Shown: piece after piece, positions 1-9,701 of the stretch | How the letters are laid out: each line of letters starts with the position of its first letter | Position numbering within the stretch: position 1 is the stretch's first letter | Assembly: GCA_002104945.1 (NCBI GenBank) | Contig: MCFH01000037.1 | Coordinates: 62,001-126,000, forward strand | Reading direction: 5' to 3' | Source of the DNA: Piromyces finnis finn | Lineage: Eukaryota > Fungi > Neocallimastigomycota | DNA length: 64,000 nucleotides | Position numbers and translations under genes: made by a program | The notes under the pieces: generated by a model | What the model saw: only the letters and a program-made list of their open reading frames with translations | Told to the model about the DNA's origin: nothing | The model's database searches: none

Positions 1-2
1 TC

Positions 3-1586
3 AACGAATTAAAAGGTCTTGGTCAAAGATATGGATTTGATATTTCTAAGCCAGCTACAAATGCTAAAGAAGCCATTCAATACACTTACTTTGGCTATCT
101 CGCTAGTGTTAAGGATCAAGATGGAGCAGCCATGTCTTTTGGCCGTGTTGATTGTTTCTTTGATGTATACATCGAAAATGATATGAAGAAAGGAATTTTG
201 ACGGAAGCAGAAGCTCAAGATTTAATCGATCAATTAATCATCAAACTTAGATTAGTTCGTCATTTACGTACTCCTGAATACAATGACTTATTTGCCGGTG
301 ATCCAACATGGGTTACCATGGTTGTTGGTGGTATGGGAATAGATGGAAGACCATTAGTTAGTAAAACTTCTTATCGTATTGTTAATACTCTCAGAACTCT
401 TGGAGCAGCTCCTGAACCAAATATCACCGTTTTATGGAATAATAAACTTCCAACATCTTTCAAAAATTTCTGTAACAAAATTTCAATTGATACTTCATCC
501 ATTCAATATGAAAATGATAATCTCATGAACGATATGTTTGGAGATGACTATGCAATTGCCTGTTGCGTTTCACAAATGAGAATTGGAAAAGATATGCAAT
601 TCTTCGGAGCTCGTTGCAACTTGGCCAAACTTTTACTTTATGCTTTCAATCATGGTTATGATGAAAGAACAGAAAAGCAAGTCGGACCAGATTTCGGAGA
701 TATCAAATTAAATGAAGATGGATCTGTTAATTTCGAATCAGCATGGGAAATTTATGATAAAGCAATGGATTGGATTGCATGTCTTTATGTCAACACCATG
801 AACACCATTCACTACTCTCATGATAGATATTGCTATGAAGCTGTTCAAATGGCATTACACGATACAAATGTTCATCGTTACATGGCATTTGGTATTGCAG
901 GTTTCTCTGTCATTGTTGATTCATTCTCAGCTATTAAGCATGCTAAAGTATTTCCAATTCGTAATCCTGAAACAGGATTAACTACCGACTTCAAAATTGA
1001 AGGCGATTTCCCCAAATTCGGAAATGATGATGATCGTGTTGATCAATTTGCCATTGAACTCCCTAAAATATTCCTTGGTAAATTAAAGAAATATCCAGCA
1101 TACAGAGGAGCAGAACATACATTATCTATTTTAACCATTACATCTAATGTTGTTTATGGTAAGAAGACAGGATCCACACCTGATGGACGTAAAAGTGGAG
1201 AAGCATTTGCACCAGGATGTAATCCAATGCATGGTCGTGAAACTAATGGCGCAGTAGCTTCACTCAATTCCGTTAGTAAAGTTGAATATGAATATTGTAA
1301 AGATGGTATTTCCAATACATTTACATTTGTTCCTACCGTGTTAGGTAAAATTGAAAACGAGCGTATTATTAATCTTACAGGATTATTAGATGGCTACTTT
1401 AGTCAAGGCGGATTCCACCTAAATGTTAATGTTTTAGTTCGTGAAACATTAGAAGATGCCATGATTCATCCCGAAAACTATCCAAACTTAACCATTCGTG
1501 TTTCAGGATATGCAGTTCACTTTATTCGTTTATCACCACAACAACAAAGAGAAGTTATTGCCAGAACTTTCCATGAAACTCTTTAA
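3..1586 (+). CDS. pflB: Pyruvate formate-lyase (formate C-acetyltransferase, glycyl radical enzyme), 5'-truncated by the window edge
   Basis: The frame is open from position 3 ([26 protein letters not shown]...), upstream of the ATG at 132. It carries the active-site Cys-Cys (YAIACCVS) and the C-terminal glycyl-radical motif (TIRVSGYAV). No introns in the visible 1.58 kb. Confidence 0.97.
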   Translation, partial: NELKGLGQRYGFDISKPATNAKEAIQYTYFGYLASVKDQDGAAMSFGRVDCFFDVYIENDMKKGILTEAEAQDLIDQLIIKLRLVRHLRTPEYNDLFAGDPTWVTMVVGGMGIDGRPLVSKTSYRIVNTLRTLGAAPEPNITVLWNNKLPTSFKNFCNKISIDTSSIQYENDNLMNDMFGDDYAIACCVSQMRIGKDMQFFGARCNLAKLLLYAFNHGYDERTEKQVGPDFGDIKLNEDGSVNFESAWEIYDKAMDWIACLYVNTMNTIHYSHDRYCYEAVQMALHDTNVHRYMAFGIAGFSVIVDSFSAIKHAKVFPIRNPETGLTTDFKIEGDFPKFGNDDDRVDQFAIELPKIFLGKLKKYPAYRGAEHTLSILTITSNVVYGKKTGSTPDGRKSGEAFAPGCNPMHGRETNGAVASLNSVSKVEYEYCKDGISNTFTFVPTVLGKIENERIINLTGLLDGYFSQGGFHLNVNVLVRETLEDAMIHPENYPNLTIRVSGYAVHFIRLSPQQQREVIARTFHETL

Positions 1587-2085
1587 AAATAAATTTAATA
1601 TTTTTATTTTTTATTTTTTAAATATATACCAATATATATATATATATATACCAGTAATCTAATAATAATAATAGTTATTATTATTATTTGATTATTGTTT
1701 ACTTTTAAGGATATCTATTTATAAAATTTAAATTAATTAATGATAAAAATTTATAAATTTTTTGTAATAAAAAGAAAAAGTTATTTTCTAGTTGATAATC
1801 ATTATCATTAAATATGTAAATATTAAAACTATAAACATACGTCTATTTATAAACATTCAAATAAAAAAATTATTAAAAAATAAAAAGAATTTTTTATTAT
1901 ATTTTAAGTAATATTATAATTTATTTATTATTTATTTTTTTATATACACATTTATATGTAAATAGTTAATATTAAATACTGAATGTATTTTTTTAGTAGA
2001 TATTAATAATGTGTAATATTCATTATTAATTATATATATTATAATATATTTTAATATTTTTATTATAATTTATATTTTAATGATT

Positions 2086-3159
2086 TTATATAACTAAAGT
2101 GGCAATGTTCTTTGAATTATCGAATTTCCAACCTTTGCTCTTAGTGTTTTCAAAGGCCTTATACATATCAGTGTTTGTGAATTTTACAGTAAAAATAGCA
2201 GTTAAATCACCAGCTTTAACATTTCTGTATTTTGGATTGAAAGCGGTAATCCACCAGGCATCCTTACCCCAATTGTCCCATTGGTTAACAATTGTACCTT
2301 TAGTTTTGTGAGTTAAAGTTAAAGTCATTGGCATAGCAAGTGATTTTTTAACTTTCCAGTGTGAATTTTTGCTTGATCCACCGTAATAAATACCAAGTTC
2401 AGCACCAGCACCAAGATTAATATAGTCACCCTTCCAAGCCCAGAGTATATAATTTTCTCCATTGTAAGAGAACATTCCATTATTATTGTAATCCATACTA
2501 GTACCTAAATCAAATATGAAGTCGAAGAATTTATTGTATCCAAATTTAGATTGCCAGCAATCAAAGTCTGCATGATAAATGCCATTGCTATCTTTTTTCA
2601 TATCTAAAATCATGGCACCAAGTTTAGCAGTATCAATACCGAGTTTAACAGCAAAGTCATTAAGATTATGGATAATTGAAGAAACAGCAACTTCTACAAC
2701 ATCCTTTGCTTTATCTCCGACAGTGGAAGCAACATCTTTAACTCCATTTCCAACAGTAGAAGCAGCATTTTTAACACCATTTCCAACAGTGGAAGCAGCA
2801 CCTTTAACACCATTACCAACAGTAGAAGCAGCATCTTTAACACCATTACCAACAGTAGAAGCAGCATCTTTAACTCCATTTCCTACAGTGGAAGCAGCAT
2901 TTTTAACACCATTACCAACAGTGGAAGCAGCATCTTTGACTCCATTACCAACAGTGGAAGCAGCATTTTTAACTCCTTTTCCTACAGTAGAGGCTGCATT
3001 TTTAACCCCATTTCCAGCTTTAGAGACCGTTTTCTTTATTTTTTTTAAAATTCCTCTTTTTTCTATCTCAACAGAATTAGTTGGATAGGCATTAGCAACA
3101 TAGAGGTTAATGAAAATGCAAATAAATAAGAGTACTAAATGATGAGTGCGGAATTTCAT
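2086..3159 (-). CDS. Secreted pre-pro-protein (357 aa): signal peptide, KR site, nine 11-aa repeats, C-terminal domain homologous to the RHS C-terminal domain (DUF4474-like)
   Basis: Hydrophobic N-terminus ending VANA; EKR|G at aa 33-36; repeats GNGVKxAASTV at aa 49-147. The C-domain motifs YHADFDCWQ, WAWKGDYINLGAGAELGIY and WWITAFNP are shared with 6058-6807 and 11544-12224. The DUF4474 label is from recall of the WKGxY..GAE(I/L)GIY motif, not from a search. Confidence 0.88.
   Translation of the reverse strand: MKFRTHHLVLLFICIFINLYVANAYPTNSVEIEKRGILKKIKKTVSKAGNGVKNAASTVGKGVKNAASTVGNGVKDAASTVGNGVKNAASTVGNGVKDAASTVGNGVKDAASTVGNGVKGAASTVGNGVKNAASTVGNGVKDVASTVGDKAKDVVEVAVSSIIHNLNDFAVKLGIDTAKLGAMILDMKKDSNGIYHADFDCWQSKFGYNKFFDFIFDLGTSMDYNNNGMFSYNGENYILWAWKGDYINLGAGAELGIYYGGSSKNSHWKVKKSLAMPMTLTLTHKTKGTIVNQWDNWGKDAWWITAFNPKYRNVKAGDLTAIFTVKFTNTDMYKAFENTKSKGWKFDNSKNIATLVI
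2719..3015 (-). repeat. Coding 33-bp tandem repeat, 9 units (11-aa G[N/K]GVK[N/D/G][A/V]ASTV), followed by a degenerate 10th unit
   Basis: Read directly from the translation and DNA; units differ mostly at synonymous positions and at the N/D site. Confidence 0.95.
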
Positions 3160-3402
3160 TTTGAAACGAAACTAACGAATTTTTTTTTATAAACTTGTAT
3201 TTATTTATAATTTATTTATTTTTAAAAAAAAAGAAAGTAAAAAAAAGAGTTTATATATTTTTTTCTTTTTAATTTATCATATTTGTAATATATATTACAA
3301 ATAAGAAATAATATATATATTTAATTATTTTTTTTTTTAATTATAAAAAATAAAACATAAATTTTTTAATAAACTTTTTTTTTTTTTTTTTTGACTATAT
3401 TA

Positions 3403-3439
<37 letters not shown>

Positions 3440-6057
3440 ATAATTATTATTTTAAGCTTTTTATTTAATATTATAATTTGTTATAGCTTTCTTTATAATA
3501 TAGAAATAATATTTGTAAACATCTAATTCCATTATAACATATATTAATATTTTAATTATTATTATATTATCATTATTCTTGAATGTATGCAACTTAATTT
3601 AGGAACAAATTAATTTTTTAATTTTATAATAAAATCTATTAAATAGAATATTTATAATAAACATTAAATAACAAACACTGATACTTTCTTAATTTTATTA
3701 TATAAAAAACATTTATTTTTATATTAGATTAAATGATTTTCATTCTAAATAATTATTAATATTTACATATATTTACATATATATATTCTTTTATATATAT
3801 ACATGTGCTTTTTTTTATTAATATTATCTATTTCTATAACAAATAAAGTTATTTTTGAGTGATAAAACAATAATAATATTAATTATTTCCTATTTATGTT
3901 ATTAATAATTTTACAGAAAAAGTTTATTAAGCCATTATTTATAAAAAATGATAGATTTAACAATAAGAAATATTGTAATTGATTGATTGGTAAAAAATTA
4001 TATAAACTATATCTAAAAAAAAAATAAAAATTTGTTTAACAAAGAAAAATATAATATATAATATTAATGATTAATTAACCAGTTAACAAATAATAATGTT
4101 TTTGAAGTGGAATATTCTTTTTATAAACTTTTTTTTAATTAATTTTATTTATTTATTTTTTCTGCTATGAGAAATTTTTTATTTTGAAAGAATTAATGTT
4201 TTCATTTATATATATGTATTTTTTTTTTTTTTTTTTTTGTAACTTGAACACAAATAAGTATTGAAAAAGATGAGGAACAAAAGCTACAATTAAATTTTTA
4301 CTTATTAAGAAAAATTATTTATATATTTTCAAATATCATTTATAACATAATAACATGGTTACAAAAATTATATTAAAGGCTTATTAATTATTACATATGC
4401 CTTTTTGATATTTATATTAATATTTTTTTTAAAATTAAATTAAGAAAGAACCAATTACATTAGAGGCTTATCATTAAGTTGTATATTTATTTTATTTTGA
4501 ATATAATTATTTTTATTTTTTAAAACTAAAAATTATTATAATTATCTAGATAGTATTTAAAGAATTAATTTATTAATATTGTTTTCTTAGATTTATTTAT
4601 CATAATTACTATATATATAGTCTATTAATTGTTTTAATGTTTGAAAAACTATTAATGAAGAAAATAATAATTTTTTCTTATTTTTATTTTTAATTGGTAC
4701 ATAATTAATAATGAACAATTATAATTATTAATTTGATCATGGTCTTTTTTAACTTAATATTTTTTTTTTTTATAATGTTGGTTAAAATGGAGATCAATAT
4801 ATTAATATTTTAATTATTCTATGCTTTTTGGGGATTAAAGATTATTATTAAATGAGAAAAATATTAGAATTAAAATTGTTTTAAAGTGAAGCTTATGTGC
4901 ATAGTTAAATAAAATTATTAAAGAAAGTTGCACTATTTTTGAAAATCATATTAAAACATTAATTTATGATATTAAAATAATAAACTATATATAAAGTTAC
5001 TCTAATATTTCAATTATATAAAAATGGAAAGAATAACTTTTTTATTTTGTTATAAATTAATTCAAAATAAAACAAATTTTATTATGAAAAAATTTAGAAT
5101 ATTCTTTAGATTCTATTTTACAAGAATTAACATTAATTAATATTTTATATTTAATTATTATAAATGAAATAAACTTTTTTTAAATTACTTTTTTTTCTGA
5201 ATAAAAAATGTATCAGGAAATTTAAAATAATAATAAAAAATAAAATGTATAAATTAAAAATAAATTAATAATTGGATTAACAATTTTTAAAATAAAAAAA
5301 AATGTTCATTTTTATATATTAAGTAGAGAACCTATATCAATATTCATGTTCTATTGTACTTAGTCATCCTTATATTCAAAATCAAAATTGTTTTTTTTTT
5401 ATATTATCATATATACTTTTTTTTATTAAATATCAGCTTTATTAATTATTTTTATTATCCATAGAGTAATACTATTAAAAAGATTAGCTTCATTATTTTA
5501 TTTGAAAATTAATAAAAACTATATATATTTTAAATATTCTTATTATACTTATTTTATGAATAATTAATATAATATATAGATATATTAAATATTTTATTAT
5601 AATTAATGAGATCTTTTAAACCTTTTTTTTTAATATTTATCAGAAATTCAATAATCGTAATACACTTCATAATGAATTTTGATTATACCTCCAAAAGATA
5701 AAAGATTATATTTAATAATTATAATTTTTTATTTTTTTTATTATTTTATTATTTAATAAATAAATGTTTTTTTTTATTGAATAATTATTACATATATTTA
5801 TATACATATTGATTAATAAGTATGATTATATATAATTAATAAATATATAAATTGAATTTATATAATTTAATTTTTTTTAATAATATAATGTTTAAATATT
5901 AATATAGTTTTATGATAATATGATTATATTTATATGTTTTATATTTAATAATTTTTTTTATAATTTTATTATTATTTATTTTTATCCTTGTATAATATTA
6001 TATTAATAGAATATGTAGAGATATTTAATTCCCTTTATATCAATTCTATAAAATATC

Positions 6058-6807
6058 TTATAAAACTAAAGTAGCAGTACGAGTACTACTATTGAAACTC
6101 CATCCGTTTGGTCTTGTTTTTTCAAAAGCACTGTACATACCAGCATTAGTGAATTTAACAGTAAAGGTAGCAGTTAAATCATTGGCGTTAACATTCTTAT
6201 AATTTGGGTTAAAAGCAGTGATCCACCAAGAATCATTACCTCTGTTATTCCATTGATTAACAATAGTACCTTTAGTTCTGTGAGTTAAAGTTAAAGTCAT
6301 TGGCATAGCATGAGATGGTGCAGCCTTCCAATGAGAGCTTCTGTCTTTTCCACCCATGTAGATACCAAGTTCAGCACCAGCACCAAGGTTAACATAGTCA
6401 CCCTTCCAGGCCCAAAGAATGTAATTTTCCCCATTGTAAGAGAACATTCCATCATTATTGTAAGCCATACTTGTACCTAAATCAAACATATAATCATAGA
6501 AGTTGTTGTAACCAAAGTATTGTTGCCAGCAGTCAAAATCAGCATGATATACACCATTTTCATCTTTTTTCATGTTTAAGAAGAAAGCTCCATACTTGGC
6601 AGTATCGATACCTAATTTAACAGCAACATCATTTCCGGCATGAATAATATTATTAACACCATTAGAGATAGCATCTTTAACGTTATTCCAGAAACTATTC
6701 CAACCTCTTTTTTCAAGTTGGTTAGTGTAAGTTGGTGCAGCATTAGCAACAAAAATGTTAATGAAGCAAACAAATAAAGCAATTAATTGGTGAGTACTGA
6801 TTTTCAT
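6058..6807 (-). CDS. Secreted pre-pro-protein (249 aa), paralog of 2086-3159 without the repeats; free RHS-CT-like (DUF4474-like) domain
   Basis: Signal peptide MKISTHQLIALFVCFINIFVANA, then EKR|GWNSFW (KR at 6706-6711). Long near-identical blocks with paralog 1 (e.g. MPMTLTLTH.TKGTIVNQW). Intronless. Confidence 0.9.
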   Translation of the reverse strand: MKISTHQLIALFVCFINIFVANAAPTYTNQLEKRGWNSFWNNVKDAISNGVNNIIHAGNDVAVKLGIDTAKYGAFFLNMKKDENGVYHADFDCWQQYFGYNNFYDYMFDLGTSMAYNNDGMFSYNGENYILWAWKGDYVNLGAGAELGIYMGGKDRSSHWKAAPSHAMPMTLTLTHRTKGTIVNQWNNRGNDSWWITAFNPNYKNVNANDLTATFTVKFTNAGMYSAFEKTRPNGWSFNSSTRTATLVL

Positions 6808-9701
6808 TTTTGTTTGATTTAGTAATTACTTCAAGTAATTATTTTTTATTTTTTAATTTTTTATTTATTTAATTAAAAAGGTTGAAGGAATTTTTTCTTT
6901 AAATATTTTTTTTTAATATGGCTAATAACCTATTATAAAATATTAAATTATATATAAATTATATATTATAATATATGTATAATACACATTGTATATAAGG
7001 GATAAAAAGCATTATAATAGAATTTAATAAAAGTTTTTAATATATTTGTAACTATATATTAATTAAAATATTTTTAAGACATTTTATTAAAATTTCTTTA
7101 TTATTAAATTCATATTTATTATTTTTTTATAAAAAAGAGTAAAAATAAGTGTTAAAACTATAATAATAATACTCAATTTATTAATACAACAATACTAATT
7201 AATATGTTGAAAAGTATTATTAATTATATTTGTTTTTGTAATGAAACTTTAATTTATAATTTATTTTATATTAATCCTTTACAATTATTAATTTAATAGT
7301 AAGGAAAACTGATAAATTTAAATTACATTATACAGAATTATTAAATATAGAAATAAAATATACATCAATTATTATTTTGATTTATTATTAATTTTATTCT
7401 AATTATTATACATTGTATCAGTTTAATTATATTTAATATTTTTAAAAAATTTAAACATATTATTTTTTCATAAAATAAAAATTCCTTTTTTTAAAAAAAT
7501 AATTAATACAGTGAATAAAATAGAATAAAATATAAATAATATAAATTTAAATTTATAAAATTCATATGGCTTTTAAATGGTTTAAGAATATATTAAAAAA
7601 GTAAAAATAATAATAAATATAAAGCTTTAGTATTATATTTCATAGATTTAAATGATTAAGTATTTTCCAAATTTGACAAAATTAAAGCCATTGAGTAACA
7701 AAATTTTTATCAACCAAATATTACTTCTAACCAAATCATATATAATTTGTATAATTAGTTTTATTTTTTCAAGTAATACAAATACAAATATCAATATATT
7801 ATTATTAATAATAATCAAGTAATATCAATTATCAGTAGAACAATAACGATAATTAATATTACATTTTCTATTTCAAAAAAATTGATTTCATTAATCAAAA
7901 TCTTTTCTGAGTGACTAATAAATTAAAATATAATTATTTCGATTATAGAAACTTTTTTAAGAAAAATTGAAAAAAAAATATGTATATATTGAATCATTAT
8001 TATAATGATATTACAATTATAATATAATCATTCATTTTATTATATAATATTTAATATATATGTATTTTTTTTAATATATATATTCCCCATAAGAGTGTTA
8101 CTATTATGCTATTTATTTTAAAAGCGAAATATTAATAATTTTGATTTAATTATTATAAATAATTATTAATAACATACATATAAATATATAAGTGAAATAA
8201 TAAAAAATAAATAAATAAATAATAAATAAATTAACAATAATAATAACTATTTTATTATTTATTTAAATTTACGCATACTAATAATAAAAACAATGTAAAA
8301 GTGAAGCTAATTTATTAATTTATTACAAATCAACTGTTTTTTACAATATATGCTAATATTTTTTTTTTTTCGTTTTTGTTATTTTATCATTATTTACTAT
8401 TTCATTTAATACTTTCTTTCGTTTTTTATTTTAATATGTAAAAGTGCGTTAGTATATAGGCACTTTTCTATATTTATGCAATATCCATGATATCTATTTC
8501 ATGTATTTTTATTTATAATCTTTTTTTTTTTGATATTTTTTTTTTTTTTAAAAAGAAATTATTGGTAAAACAATTTTTTATCATTATTAACATAATTTTT
8601 ATTATTGTTATTTTAATTATTTTAATTAATATTTTTTATTAAAACAACAAAAAAAAATTAAATAAAAACTAAATAATAAATCTTAGAATATTCTAAACAT
8701 TCTATTTTGATGAATAAAATTTGGAATAATATTTTTTAATTATTTATAAAGAAATAAGCTTTTTTTTTTTATTATTAATTTTTCTTATAGCTCTAAAACT
8801 TAAACAAAATAGGATAATAAAGGAAAATAAGGTAAATTAAAAAATAAATAAAAAGTTGTTACAATAATAATTTAACTAATTATTAATTTTTATCTGCATT
8901 TCTATAATTTCTATATTATAATTATTGAAGAGTAAATAATGTTTTTTTTTTTTAAAAAAAGAGCAATTTTATAGGTTCTTAATTAATTTAAATAATCTTT
9001 TTTTTTTTGAGTAAAATAAAAAAATAAAATTTCTATTTGAATATATAAAATAATAAATAGTTTTTAATTTAATACGTCATTATATTTTAACAAATAAGAT
9101 ATATTTGAAATATAGAATTGTATTTTATGAATAATAAATATTTAACAATGTTAAATAAAATTAATTTTTAAATATTCCTTATCATAATACATTAAATACT
9201 TTTATTTTATTTTTATAAATAAATTTTATTTAACATGTAGAATAATAATTTTGTAAGGCAAACATGGATTAATTATATATTAAATATATAAATATTGTAA
9301 TTATTTATAATTATAATAATTAACTGTTACAAGTATTTTTTTTTTTTTTTTTTTTTTTTTGGTGGTTATGTACTTTTCTTTTTTTTAAGAACAATAGTAA
9401 TGTAGTAAATTTTAATATATTTATATATATTATATTATTATATTGTATTATTTAATGAGTAATTTAATATATGAAAATGATTGATTTTTGGCTTTGGTGA
9501 TAATACATATAAAAAAAGGTATAAAAGGGATAGAAAAAATATGTTTTTATTTAAATATTAAAACCGAAAAAAAAAAAAAGAAAAGAAAAGAAAGAAAAAT
9601 AAAAATAAAAGAAAAATAAAAATAAAAGAAAAAAAAAATAAAAAGTAAAAATAAATAATTAATTGAAATAAATAAAAAATAGAATATAAAAATATTAAGA
9701 A

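Noticed and set aside
2719-3015. 33-bp direct repeats as a possible CRISPR array
   Set aside because: The units are contiguous with no unique spacers, lie in frame within a CDS and vary at synonymous positions; no cas genes are present.
2099-3088. ORFs 2099-2311(+), 2579-3088(+) and 2694-2879(-)
   Set aside because: Antisense or alternate-frame shadows of the repeat-containing gene.
5977-7010. Weak inverted similarity flanking paralog 2 (tttttatccttgtata vs gtatataagggataaaaag) and TATA..GGG motifs near 6992, 9520 and 12594
   Set aside because: Short and imperfect in DNA that is overwhelmingly A+T; no target-site duplication or transposase, so neither a TIR element nor a shared promoter motif is supported.
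3160-9701. Near-identical spacer lengths (about 2.9 kb) on either side of paralog 2
   Set aside because: No convincing sequence similarity between the two spacers by eye; probably coincidence. A dot-plot would settle it.
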